A stretch of DNA of 64,000 nucleotides, from NCBI GenBank assembly GCA_965222035.1, contig OZ244940.1:1447243-1511242 (forward strand), read 5' to 3'. The notes under the pieces were generated by a model, which had not been told where the DNA came from, did no database searches, and worked only from the letters and a program-made list of their open reading frames with translations. This document shows, one piece after another, positions 40,826 to 50,466 of the stretch (within the stretch, counting starts at the first letter, position 1; each line of letters begins with the position of its first letter). Source of the DNA: Candidatus Amphirhobacter sp. GTDB lineage: Bacteria > Pseudomonadota > Gammaproteobacteria > Tethybacterales > Tethybacteraceae. Both the position numbers and the translations under genes were made by a program.

Positions 40826-41968
40826 GTGATCGCGGGCCTGCTGCAGAGCCTGGGCCTGGGCGGCGGGACTAGCACCCTGGTCGGCGCGGCCGCCTCCTTG
40901 CTGCTGGCGCTGGTCCTGGCGCTGGCCACCTTCATCATCCTGGGCGTGGTCCGCAACCGCTGCGATCCCGAATCGCGGCGCTACGAGCTGCTGCATGCGG
41001 TCCGCAAGCCGCTGAGTATCCTGGTGTTGGTCAACGGTCTGCTCGAAAACCTCAACTGGCTGGTGCCGGCGGACATGCAGGAGTACCTCGCGAGCGTCGA
41101 CACCCTGCAGACCATCGTGATCATCGCGACGCTGCTGTGGATCCTGCTGCGCTACATCGGCATGGTGGAGCGCCGCCTCGACCGCGCCGCCGCCGGCGAC
41201 GGCACCATCATGCTGCCGCTGGTGCGCGAGCGCCTCGACCGCGGTACGATCAGCTTGCTGTTCAAGGCCCTGCGCGCGCTGGTCGGGCTGGTCGGGCTGC
41301 TGATGCTGTTCCAGGCCTTCGGCGTCAGCATCACCGGCTTGCTGGCCTTCGGGGGCATGGGCGGGATCATCGTCGGCTTCGCGGCCCGCGACCTGCTCAG
41401 CAACACCTTCTCGGGCCTGCGCATCTTCTGGAGCCGGCCCTTCGACGTCGGCGACTGGATCCGCTGCCGCGGGCAGGACATCGAGGGCGTGGTCGAGGCC
41501 ATCGGCTGGCAGATCACGCAGATACGCACTTTCGACAAGCGGCCGCTGTATGTGCCCAACTCCCTCTTGGCCGACAGCGTCATCGAGAACCCGCAGCGCA
41601 TGACCAACCGCCGCATCTACGAGTTCTTCGGGGTGCGCTACGCCGACATCAAGCGGATGCCGGCGCTGCTCGCCGACGTGCGCGCGATGATGGATGCGCA
41701 CCCGGACATCACCAACGACCTGCCGCGGCTCGCGCACCTGACGCGCTACGGGGCCTACTCGGTCGACTTCTTCATCTACTGCATGACGGCGACCACCAAC
41801 TGGGTGGAGTTCAATGGCGTGAAGGAGGACGTCTTGCTGAAGGTGGCCGACATCGTCTTCAAGCATGAGGCCGACTTCGCCTTTCCGACGCAGACGTTGC
41901 ATCTGGACCACGGCGGCGGGGACCCGCCGGCGCTGCCGCCGCATGAGGATGAGAGGCGCCCCGCCTAG
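40826..41968 (+). CDS. Small-conductance mechanosensitive channel (MscS family), start approximate
   Basis: GGMGGIIVGFAARDLLSN, RPFDVGDWI, EG.VE.IGW..T.IRTFDKRPLYVPNS, FAFPTQT. Confidence 0.9.
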   Translation: MIAGLLQSLGLGGGTSTLVGAAASLLLALVLALATFIILGVVRNRCDPESRRYELLHAVRKPLSILVLVNGLLENLNWLVPADMQEYLASVDTLQTIVIIATLLWILLRYIGMVERRLDRAAAGDGTIMLPLVRERLDRGTISLLFKALRALVGLVGLLMLFQAFGVSITGLLAFGGMGGIIVGFAARDLLSNTFSGLRIFWSRPFDVGDWIRCRGQDIEGVVEAIGWQITQIRTFDKRPLYVPNSLLADSVIENPQRMTNRRIYEFFGVRYADIKRMPALLADVRAMMDAHPDITNDLPRLAHLTRYGAYSVDFFIYCMTATTNWVEFNGVKEDVLLKVADIVFKHEADFAFPTQTLHLDHGGGDPPALPPHEDERRPA

Positions 41969-41983
41969 GGGCGGGCGGGCGGC

Positions 41984-42766
41984 CTACAGTTTGTAGTCGA
42001 CGACGACCGGAGCGTGGTCCGACAGGACCGGCCCGGCGTCGATCCAGGCCTTGGCCGCCTTCTTGGCGAGCTTGGGATCGGCGAGCTGGTAGTCGATGCG
42101 CCAGCCGACGTTGCGCTTGCGCGCGCCCGAGCGCAGCGACCACCACGAATAGGCGTCGGTCTTTGTGACCAGGCTGCGGAAGACATCGACCCAGCCGAGC
42201 TTGTCGAGCACTTCGGTGAACCATGCACGCTCCTCGGGCAGGAAGCCGGAGTTCTTCTGGTTGCTCTGCCAGTTCTTGATGTCGTCCTTGGTGTGCGCGA
42301 TGTTGTAGTCGCCGGCGACAATCACCGGCTTGCCGGTTTTGCGCAGCTTGGCCAGGCGCTTGTACAGCATATCCATCGCCTGGTACTTGACTTTCTGCCG
42401 TACGCTGCCGGTGGTGCCCGACGGCAGGTACAGCGAGACGACCTTGCCGAGTTTGCAGTCGATCTCGAGCCAGCGGCCCTCGCCGTCGAAGAGCTTGTCG
42501 CCGAACTTGGCGGTCACCTTGGCGGGCTTGGCCTTGCAGATGACGCCGACGCCGGCGTAGCCGGGCTTGGCGGCCGGCTGCCAGTAGCAGTGCCAGCCCT
42601 CGAGCTCGGCGCTCCACTTGTCCAGGTCCTTGGGCTGGGTCTTGATCTCCTGCAGGCACAGCACGTCGGGCTGGTGCTTCTTCAGCCAGGCGGCGAGCCC
42701 CTTGGCCAGGCCCGAGCGGATGCCGTTGACGTTGAGGGTGGCGACGCGGAACTTCGAAGCGGCCAT
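41984..42766 (-). CDS. xth: Exodeoxyribonuclease III
   Basis: NVNGIRS, CLQEIK, GYAGV, YLPSG, GDYNIAH, GWRIDY, SDHAP. Confidence 0.95.
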   Translation of the reverse strand: MAASKFRVATLNVNGIRSGLAKGLAAWLKKHQPDVLCLQEIKTQPKDLDKWSAELEGWHCYWQPAAKPGYAGVGVICKAKPAKVTAKFGDKLFDGEGRWLEIDCKLGKVVSLYLPSGTTGSVRQKVKYQAMDMLYKRLAKLRKTGKPVIVAGDYNIAHTKDDIKNWQSNQKNSGFLPEERAWFTEVLDKLGWVDVFRSLVTKTDAYSWWSLRSGARKRNVGWRIDYQLADPKLAKKAAKAWIDAGPVLSDHAPVVVDYKL

Positions 42767-42803
42767 GGCCCGATGATTCTAAGCGGAGCGGCAGGGTTTA
42801 AAA

Positions 42804-43721
42804 TTGCTCAAGGGGCGGCGAGAGAAAACAGTGGGCGGAGGACAAGCGACAGCGGCGGCGGTGGCGGCCGCGCCGGCGCTGCGCATCATCCACGCCGACA
42901 ACCTGCCGGTCCTGCGCGCCATGCCCGAGCGGACCATCGACCTGATCTACATCGACCCGCCGTTCAACACCGGCCAGCGACAGCGGCGGCAGCGGCTGCG
43001 CACCGTCCGGGACGCGGCGGGCGACCGCACCGGCTTCGGCGGCCAGCGCTACCGCACGGTCCGCGGTGCCTCGTCCAGCTACGCCGACGCCTTCGGCGAC
43101 CAGTTCCTGGAGTTCCTGGAGCCGCGGCTGCGCGAGGCGCGGCGGGTGCTGCGGGACGGCGGCTCGCTGTTCTTCCACATCGACTGCCGCGAGGTGCATT
43201 ACTGCAAGGTGCTGCTCGACGACATCTTCGGGCGGGACTCCTTCATGAACGAGATCATCTGGGCCTATGACTTCGGCGGGCGCTCCAAGCGCCGCTGGCC
43301 CGCCAAGCATGACAACATCCTGTGGTACGCCAAGGACCCCGGTTCCTACGTCTTCGACTACGACGCCATCGACCGCATCCCCTACATGGCGCCCGCCTTG
43401 GCGGGCCCGGCGAAGGCGGCGCGGGGCAAGACCCCGACCGACGTGTGGTGGCAGACCATCGTCCCGACCAATTCCCGCGAGAAGACCGGCTACGCGACCC
43501 AAAAGCCCTTGGTCCTGCTCGAGCGCATCGTCAAGGTCCACTCGCGCCCGGGCGACCAGCTGCTGGATTTCTTCGCTGGCAGCGGGACTTTCGGCGAGGC
43601 GGCGGCCAAGCACGGTCGCTCCTGCGTGCTCATCGACGAGAGCGCGGAAGCGGTGCGCGTGATGGCCGAGCGGCTCGCGGCGTATCAGCCGGCGCTCGAG
43701 GAGCAGGGCAACGATGGCTGA
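42804..43721 (+). CDS. DNA N4/N6 methyltransferase (beta class), start uncertain
   Basis: IDLIYIDPPF (motif IV) precedes YATQKP and DFFAGSGT (motif I). Confidence 0.92.
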   Translation: MLKGRREKTVGGGQATAAAVAAAPALRIIHADNLPVLRAMPERTIDLIYIDPPFNTGQRQRRQRLRTVRDAAGDRTGFGGQRYRTVRGASSSYADAFGDQFLEFLEPRLREARRVLRDGGSLFFHIDCREVHYCKVLLDDIFGRDSFMNEIIWAYDFGGRSKRRWPAKHDNILWYAKDPGSYVFDYDAIDRIPYMAPALAGPAKAARGKTPTDVWWQTIVPTNSREKTGYATQKPLVLLERIVKVHSRPGDQLLDFFAGSGTFGEAAAKHGRSCVLIDESAEAVRVMAERLAAYQPALEEQGNDG

Positions 43722-44664
43722 GGCCCCGCGCATTGTGTTCTGCGGCGAGGCGCTGATCGACTTCCTCGCCGTCGGCGACGGCGTCTATCGCGCGGCGCCG
43801 GGCGGATCGCCCTTTTCAGCGGTGAAGGCGGCGGCGCGCGCTGGCGGCCGGGCGGGTTTCGCCGGCGCAATCAGCACCGACATGTTCGGTGAGCAGCTGA
43901 TTGCCGACCTGGCCGCCCACGACGTCGACACATCCCTAACCCCGCGCGTCGACGCGCCGACGCCGCTGGCCTTCGCGCAGATCGATGCGGATGGCGGCGC
44001 GCGCTATGCCTTCTACGATCGCGGCAGCACCATGGAGGAAATGGCGCCGTCGCTGCCGCCGGGCGCACTGCGCGCCGGCGACGTGCTCGGCATCGGCTCG
44101 ATCTCCCTGATCACCGAGCCCGGTGCGTCCCGCATCGCCGCCTTCGCCCTGGAGCAGGCCAAGACCGCGACCCTGTCGCTCGATCCGAACGTCCGTCCCA
44201 GCATGCTCGCGGACCAGTCCGCCTGGCGCCCGCGCATGGAAAAACTATTTGAAGCGGCGGCTATCATCAAGCTGAGTACGGAGGATTTGGAATTCTACGC
44301 GCCGGGCACCGCTTCGGCGGACTTCGCCCGGGAACGGCTGGCGGCGGGCGCATGCCTGGTGATGGTGACTGACGGCGCGCAGGGCGCTTCAGCGTGGACG
44401 AAGTCGGGGACGGCGCAGGTCCCGGCCTCGCAGGTGGAGGTGGTGGACACCGTCGGCGCCGGCGACGTGCTGCTGGGCAGCGCGCTCGCGTGGCTGGCCG
44501 GCACTAGTGCGATTGGCAAGCAGGAACTGGCCGCGCTGGGCGACGCGCAGCTGCGCGAGCTGCTGGCTTTCGCCGCCTGCGCGGCCGCCATCAACTGCGA
44601 AGCAGCCGGTTGCGTACCGCCGCCGCGCGCCGCGCTCGACGCGCGGCTAGCGGCGCAAACTTAG
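43714..44664 (+). CDS. PfkB-family carbohydrate kinase (fructokinase-like)
   Basis: GEALID, PGG.P, DPNVRP, K.S.ED, DTVGAGD. Confidence 0.92.
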   Translation: MAEAPRIVFCGEALIDFLAVGDGVYRAAPGGSPFSAVKAAARAGGRAGFAGAISTDMFGEQLIADLAAHDVDTSLTPRVDAPTPLAFAQIDADGGARYAFYDRGSTMEEMAPSLPPGALRAGDVLGIGSISLITEPGASRIAAFALEQAKTATLSLDPNVRPSMLADQSAWRPRMEKLFEAAAIIKLSTEDLEFYAPGTASADFARERLAAGACLVMVTDGAQGASAWTKSGTAQVPASQVEVVDTVGAGDVLLGSALAWLAGTSAIGKQELAALGDAQLRELLAFAACAAAINCEAAGCVPPPRAALDARLAAQT

Positions 44665-44673
44665 GGAATTATT

Positions 44674-44793
44674 GGGGATTATATACAGTTCTAGCCAAAA
44701 CCCTTAAAACAAGAGAGCTTTTGCCATACTAGCAATCTCGCAAAGCTTGGAAATGCGTGGCTCTTTACTTTGGCTAGAATTGTATATAACTCC
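44674..44793. mobile_element. ~120-bp MITE-like element, copy 1
   Basis: Terminal inverted repeats ggggattatatacagttctagccaaa ... tttggctagaattgtatataactcc; non-coding, AT-rich. Confidence 0.75.
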
Positions 44794-44801
44794 TTTCCTT
44801 T

Positions 44802-46235
44802 TCAACTAGGGCTAGCTCCCTCACCCTCCGGCTTGATCAACTGCAGCCGGCAAGGGCGGTGTCCGCTGGGGAAAGCCAGGATGGTGTCAGCAGGCAGGCG
44901 CCGGATCTCATCGGCGGCCAGCAGAGGCCGGGCAGATTCGCGCAGGCTCGAGGCGCCATCGCTGCCTGGCATGGCGCCGCTGGTCCGGGCACGGCCCAAC
45001 ACAGTGCGCTCGCCCAGGGAGGCTGACAGCCGCTGGCTGGTGGCCAGGTCGCGCACGCCCCAGCAGGCCATGTGGCAGTTGGAGCGAATCGAGGCGGCCA
45101 GGTCCGCTCCATAAGCGGCATCCAATTGCTGGTCATCCTGGAAGGCCAGGAGGAAGGTGGCGCCAAAGCCGCGGAACAGCGCCACGCCCTGGGCGATGGC
45201 TTCCAGCGGCCCGAGGACGCCGGCCTCGTCGATAGCCAGCAGGAGCCGGCGCTCGCGGCTGGGCCCGGCGGCGAGCAGCTGCTCCGCCAGCAGGCCGATG
45301 ACGAGCCGCAGCAGGCGCCCGTGACTGCTGAGGCGGTTGGCGGGCAGCACCAGGAACAAGGCGGAGCGCTGGCGCTCCTCCAATAGCTCAGCCGGCTGCC
45401 AGGAGCCGCTCAGGGAGGCGATGATGTTGGCGGAAGAGCAAAAGGCCAGTTGGCGGCGGATGCTGGAGAGGATGGCTCCGCGCTCGCTCGGCCCGGCGCC
45501 GGTGATCAGCGCGCTGGCGCTGGCGGCGAGCTTGTCCAGATCCGAAGCCGCGCTGCCTGAACGCTTGAGCCGGGCGATGGCCTTGGGCCCGCTTTCGAGC
45601 AGCTCCAGCACATCTTGGATGCGGGGCCGCGCCAAGCCGCCGGCGCAGCAGGCGGCCAGCAGCCCGCCCAGGACCGCGCGGGCTGATTCGGCCCAGTGCG
45701 CGTCGCGGGCGCTGCCCGGCGGATCGATGATGATGCCCGCCAGGCGCAGGCAGGCCTCGGCGCGGGCCGCGTCCTCCACGGCAGAGGTTATCGGGGCGAG
45801 GGCGTCGAGGGCGACGGCGGGGACAGCGGCGAGGTCGTCGCAGAGCCCGAAGGGATCGAAGCGCAGCGGCTGGATGCCGTCCGCCCGCAGCTGCCCGGCG
45901 CAGTTGCGGACCAGCTCGCCCTTGACGTCAACCGCCAGCATGCTGCCGTTCCAATGCTTGATCGAGGGCTCGATGACGCCAGTGGATTTGCCCGCGCCGC
46001 TGGCGGCCAGCAGCAGCCAGTGACCTTCCCCGGTCCAGCTGGCCCAGTCGCCGTCCTGCTTGCCCAGTACCAGCCCGGGAGGAGGCTTGTCGCCGAGAGG
46101 GGTCAGCGGGCCCGGCCAGGAGCCGAAGGCGGCTGAGCCGTAGGTGTCTCCGGCCTTGAACCGCCGCGCCAGCAGGACCGCCGCTATCACCGCCAGCAGC
46201 GCTCCGGCAGCTCCCCACAGCAAAATCGTACTCAT
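44802..46235 (-). CDS. Type IV coupling protein, VirD4/TraG family
   Basis: N-terminal TM, H.LL.A.SGAGKS.G.I.P, VDVKGEL, FDPF, HW..SA, LLAIDEAG.LG, FRG.G......QD..QL...YG, RPLL..DEI. Confidence 0.9.
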   Translation of the reverse strand: MSTILLWGAAGALLAVIAAVLLARRFKAGDTYGSAAFGSWPGPLTPLGDKPPPGLVLGKQDGDWASWTGEGHWLLLAASGAGKSTGVIEPSIKHWNGSMLAVDVKGELVRNCAGQLRADGIQPLRFDPFGLCDDLAAVPAVALDALAPITSAVEDAARAEACLRLAGIIIDPPGSARDAHWAESARAVLGGLLAACCAGGLARPRIQDVLELLESGPKAIARLKRSGSAASDLDKLAASASALITGAGPSERGAILSSIRRQLAFCSSANIIASLSGSWQPAELLEERQRSALFLVLPANRLSSHGRLLRLVIGLLAEQLLAAGPSRERRLLLAIDEAGVLGPLEAIAQGVALFRGFGATFLLAFQDDQQLDAAYGADLAASIRSNCHMACWGVRDLATSQRLSASLGERTVLGRARTSGAMPGSDGASSLRESARPLLAADEIRRLPADTILAFPSGHRPCRLQLIKPEGEGASPS

Positions 46236-46363
46236 GGGATGGCCTGGGTGCCGACTGGTCGCTTGGCGCAGTACCGTGTTGCCCTAGCAGCCTTGGCCGT
46301 CAAGCTGATATCCCCTAGGATGCTCTTGGCCAACTCCAGCATCAAGCGCAATCACTCTCATTT

Positions 46364-46487
46364 GGGCGATTATATACAATTTCAGCCAAAGTCGAAAGAG
46401 CCACGTATTTCCAAGCTTTGCGAGATTGCTAGCATGGCAAGAGTTCTCTTATTTTAGAGGTTGTGGCTAGAACTATATATAATCCCC
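46364..46487. mobile_element. ~120-bp MITE-like element, copy 2 (inverted relative to copy 1)
   Basis: Near reverse complement of 44674-44793 (e.g. aaagagccacg.atttccaagctttgcgagattgctag.atggcaa) with the same terminal repeats. Confidence 0.75.
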
Positions 46488-46524
46488 ATTATTTATGATT
46501 GTCTTGGGGGAGTTGCATCCATAG

Positions 46525-47625
46525 CTAGCCAAGCACCAGCGCCACCATGGCAAGCGACGACAGCAGCCCCACCAGCCATGCTCGGGGTCCCAGCCAGGTC
46601 ACCAGCCGGATCCAGGCCAGGTGCCGGGGTTCGCGCAGCATTGGCTGCTGCTGCTTCAGCTCCAGCAACCATTTCCGATGCTGGACCCCGAATGGCTGCG
46701 TCTTGTCCGTGATGGGAGCGATGTCCATGGAGTACGCTCCCTGCTGGATGCGCTGCCGCTGCGCATAGGTCCTCAGCATGCTCAGCATGATCGCAAGCAG
46801 CAGCAGGAAAAGCAATGCCCACCACGGCATCGTCAGTTCCGCCACTCCCGGGAAGATTGACTCACTACTCAGAGTGCCCTGATTGGCCAATATGCTGAAC
46901 AGTAGCAAGATTATCAGGCCAACAACTGAGTAGTTGAAAGATATTTCGAGCATGGTGTAGAATGCTTCAATACGGCTGTTTCGGTTGGATGAAGCGCTAG
47001 CGGCCCGGGAACGAAGAAGCAATATCAGCGTCACGCCAAATGGCAAGAGCAATGCCACTCCTAGCCACGCTAGTTCTCCGCTAAAAATCAAGATAGGCTG
47101 GAGTAGGGCATACACAACCAACACCGCCTGCTTCGGTGTCGAAGGGGAAACGGTGTGCCTGTCTGGTATGGCGTCAGGCAAGTCAAAATCGGCACTAATG
47201 GCCAGCAGCCCGGCATAGAACAGCAGGTCGTGCCACACGGGGTAGGGCTTGGCCGGCGGAGCAAAGGCCATGAGCAAGCCATACGCCAGCACAACAAAGA
47301 TGAAGCCCGCCAGAGCATGCAGGCGCTTGGACCGCGCTTGCTTGCTCCAGAGCGCGGCTTTGTCGGCATCGCTGGTGGCGGGGTTGTAGATCACCATCCT
47401 GCCCAGATGTACATTAGGCCAGGAATAGCATAAGATGAACGGAAGAAACAAAAGCAGGACAGCGGCTTGCTGGAAAGAATACGCAACGCACAATGGCAGC
47501 AAGAGGCAGGCTGCGAGCAGGCGCATGGAGAGGTAGTAGCGCCGCAGCTGGTCGCGGCCTCCCTCGATGGGAGCCAGTTTTTCCTTGCCTGACGCAGCTT
47601 GATCGGGTTGTTGCTGGTTGCTCAT
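46525..47625 (-). CDS. Multi-pass membrane protein, family L paralog 1
   Basis: ~8 TM-like segments; GKEKLAPIEGG..L.RYY and QPMLREPRHLAWIRLVTWLG shared with paralogs. Confidence 0.85.
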   Translation of the reverse strand: MSNQQQPDQAASGKEKLAPIEGGRDQLRRYYLSMRLLAACLLLPLCVAYSFQQAAVLLLFLPFILCYSWPNVHLGRMVIYNPATSDADKAALWSKQARSKRLHALAGFIFVVLAYGLLMAFAPPAKPYPVWHDLLFYAGLLAISADFDLPDAIPDRHTVSPSTPKQAVLVVYALLQPILIFSGELAWLGVALLLPFGVTLILLLRSRAASASSNRNSRIEAFYTMLEISFNYSVVGLIILLLFSILANQGTLSSESIFPGVAELTMPWWALLFLLLLAIMLSMLRTYAQRQRIQQGAYSMDIAPITDKTQPFGVQHRKWLLELKQQQPMLREPRHLAWIRLVTWLGPRAWLVGLLSSLAMVALVLG

Positions 47626-47766
47626 AGGACGCTAGCAGACACTGATTTTATAATAATAGCCTGTTTCTTTTTTGCTCTGCTTGCCCCAAGGCGATAGCAA
47701 TGCTCCATTGCCCCGAGACCGCCTTCGAGCTGCATCAATCCTAACTTGGGGGAGTTGCATACATAG

Positions 47767-48912
47767 CTAGCCAAGCAGCAGCGCCACCATGGCAAGCGAT
47801 GTCAGCAGCCCCACCAGCCATGCCCGGGGCCCCAGCCAGGTCACCAGCCGGATCCAGGCCAGGTACCGGGGTTCGCGCAGAATTGGCTGCCGCTGCTCCA
47901 GCTCCAGATACCACTTCAGGCGCTGGTGATAGTGCTTCGCCTCCTTGGCGCTGGCCTGCGCTGGCAACGGGGGCATGCTTGCTGCAAACCATCCCCGCCG
48001 GATGCGTTCTCGCTGCGCAAGCTGATGCGCAAGGATCAACAGGATCAACAGGCCCAGCGGCAGGAGCCATCCAGACGCCAGTTGCCCAACGGGCAAGGGG
48101 CGCGGCGCCACTGATCCTTCCCTCACTATCATATCAAGATACTGCCACCATATAGTAGCCATCGCCAGGATCCCTGTTGCTAGGCCCGCAGCTAGCTGCA
48201 GCGTGGATACCATAGCCTCGAGTCGTTGAGAACTGCCAGACGCCCGGTAGCGCAGGTACAGCAACAGCACCAAGGCAAATGGCGCAAGCGTGAAAAAAAC
48301 CGTCTGGGCAAACTGACCCGTCATGATTAGAAACACCAAGTAGCAGAAGTACAACATCATCAAAAACTCTTTCCACCCCGCGATCAACATTGCGAAGGGT
48401 TTGCTTGACGCCAGCACGACGAAGGAACTCCTACTTGGAACCACTGGCGCAGCCGCTGAGAAATGAGTCATTATCAAGGCCCAGGCGAACAAACCATGCC
48501 AAAAATCCTCAGAGAGCAGGAGAGTGCCCAGATGACCTTGCGACAATGCCTGCAGCAAGATATACCCCAGCAGTCCGCAAACAAAGCACGCCAGCATGCA
48601 CTTGTGGGCCTGCAAGACTAAATCCCACCACATCCTGGCCTTGTCACTGTTGCTGGCGCTGGTAGCATAAAGAACGATCTCACCTAATCTCATGTTGGGC
48701 CAGATAATGGAAAAAAAGAAGATGAAGATGAAACCCCAAATGCCGTCCCGAGTAGTGAATGCAATAGCTACGCCAAGCGGCAGGAACAGGCAGTAGGACA
48801 CCCGGAGCAGGGCGCGGTAGTAACGTTCCAGATCCTTGACGCCCCCTTCAAGGGGTACCAGCTTCTCCTTCCCGGGCCCGGGCTCGTTATTTGCTTGCTT
48901 GGCGTCCGACAT
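47767..48912 (-). CDS. Multi-pass membrane protein, family L paralog 2
   Basis: GKEKLVPLEGG..L.RYY ... QPILREPRYLAWIRLVTWLG. Confidence 0.85.
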   Translation of the reverse strand: MSDAKQANNEPGPGKEKLVPLEGGVKDLERYYRALLRVSYCLFLPLGVAIAFTTRDGIWGFIFIFFFSIIWPNMRLGEIVLYATSASNSDKARMWWDLVLQAHKCMLACFVCGLLGYILLQALSQGHLGTLLLSEDFWHGLFAWALIMTHFSAAAPVVPSRSSFVVLASSKPFAMLIAGWKEFLMMLYFCYLVFLIMTGQFAQTVFFTLAPFALVLLLYLRYRASGSSQRLEAMVSTLQLAAGLATGILAMATIWWQYLDMIVREGSVAPRPLPVGQLASGWLLPLGLLILLILAHQLAQRERIRRGWFAASMPPLPAQASAKEAKHYHQRLKWYLELEQRQPILREPRYLAWIRLVTWLGPRAWLVGLLTSLAMVALLLG

Positions 48913-49278
48913 TTGTGATTGATATCGATGCTAGAGCGCGCTTGGCAACGGGTTTTCAGGGAGATTCTAACTCCTGGCGGTGCTTGCGACTCAGGCCCAT
49001 GTTTCTCGCAGGCTTGTTGCTCAGCAGTGGCTTGCTGCTCAATGGCCGGATCCGCATCAGAGCCGGCGCCATCCAGATCCTCTTCCGATGCGGTGGGCAG
49101 CAATTGGCAGATGATGAAAATCATCGATTGTGAGAGTGAGCAGAAGTTTTTGACTTCGCGCCATAGCATCTCCATTATTGGGAGAAGCTTCAACAGCAAT
49201 TCGGCTAATGTCCCTAGCCGCCTCCCCCATATACATTAGGCAATCGCAGGCAAGAGGCTGCTAGGGTAGAATAGAGTT

Positions 49279-49587
49279 ATGCAAGAAGCGTTCCAAGCCC
49301 CTAGCCCTGTTGCGAGGTTCCTGTTAGTGCTCTGCTTGGCTGTGGCCTGGTTTGCGGGTATAGTTTTGGGAAGCTACTGGATGGTGGGAGAAATGGCGAT
49401 CCCGGAATGTTTTTTCGCATACATCCTCTCGGGAACATTTCTCCATTGCTATCTGCGGGGGCCGCAAATCGAAACGTTCTGGGCTCCCTTTTGGTTTATT
49501 GGGATTCTTCTTGGTTGGAACTTGGCGGGATTTGTATTGACAGAAGCTGTTTCTTATTTGTTTGACGTGCCAGGATTAGTCTCTTGA
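49279..49587 (+). CDS. Small 3-TM membrane protein, family S paralog 1
   Basis: LAVAWF.G, FAY.L, GPQI motifs; TAGAAT directly upstream. Confidence 0.75.
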   Translation: MQEAFQAPSPVARFLLVLCLAVAWFAGIVLGSYWMVGEMAIPECFFAYILSGTFLHCYLRGPQIETFWAPFWFIGILLGWNLAGFVLTEAVSYLFDVPGLVS

Positions 49588-49710
49588 CTTGTTTGATGCG
49601 CTGGGGCCAGGACCTCCAATCCAGCCGTTGGTTTCATTCCATGCTTCAGCGCCGTATTCGCTCGGCATGTTGTCGAATGACTCACAGGGTAGAATAAGAG
49701 TTACGCAAGA

Positions 49711-50007
49711 ATGATCCAAGTGCTGAAATCCATTGCAAAGGCCATGTTGGCGCTTGGTTTGGCGGTGGCCTGGTTCGTGGGCACAGCCTTGGCGGTCTCC
49801 TGGATGGCAGACGATGACAGTTTTCTGTGGTTGCTCTTCGCATACGCATTGCCGGTAGGCCTCTACTTCCAGTTCCAAGGGCCGCGAATAAAGAAGCCGT
49901 CCTTGTATCTCTTGTGGTTTTTTGTTATTGTGCTTGGCTTTGTCCCGGCGGGATTGGAATTACTGCTTGCTGCTTTCTTATTGCTTAATGCTCTTGGCCT
50001 ATTATAA
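49711..50007 (+). CDS. Small 3-TM membrane protein, family S paralog 2
   Basis: LAVAWFVG, LFAYALP, FQGPRIKKP. Confidence 0.75.
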   Translation: MIQVLKSIAKAMLALGLAVAWFVGTALAVSWMADDDSFLWLLFAYALPVGLYFQFQGPRIKKPSLYLLWFFVIVLGFVPAGLELLLAAFLLLNALGLL

Positions 50008-50141
50008 GCCCAGCGGCTGTTTCCATTGTTCATGATGTGCCGGGGCCAGGATCTCTAATCCAGCTGTTGGTTTAATTCCATTCTGCAGCGCCTTATTCGC
50101 TCGGCATGTTGCCGAATGACTCACAGGGTAGAATAAGAGTT

Positions 50142-50444
50142 ATGCATGAAGGATTCCAAGTGCTGAAATCCATTGCAAAGGCCATGTTGGCGCTTGGTTT
50201 GGCTGTGGCCTGGTTCGTGGGCACAGCCTTGGCGGTCTACGGGATGACAGGCGATCCCATGTGGTTGCTCTTCGCATACGGATTGCCGCCAACCCTTCTC
50301 TACGGCCATTTCCAAGGGCGGCAAATAAAGAAGCCGTCCTTGTTGCTCTTGTTGTATATTGTTGTTCCGCTTGGCGCTGTCCTGGCGGCATTTGAATTAG
50401 AACTTGCTGCTTGGTTATTGCTTGGTGCGCTTGGCCTAAGATAA
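50142..50444 (+). CDS. Small 3-TM membrane protein, family S paralog 3
   Basis: LAVAWFVG, LFAYGLP, FQGRQIKKP; start at MHEGFQ matches paralog 1. Confidence 0.75.
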   Translation: MHEGFQVLKSIAKAMLALGLAVAWFVGTALAVYGMTGDPMWLLFAYGLPPTLLYGHFQGRQIKKPSLLLLLYIVVPLGAVLAAFELELAAWLLLGALGLR

Positions 50445-50466
50445 GCTCAGCGGCTGTTTCCATTGT

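Noticed and set aside
48768-49239. ORFs between family L paralog 2 and family S paralog 1
   Set aside because: Overlapping short frames on both strands without recognisable features; possibly a remnant
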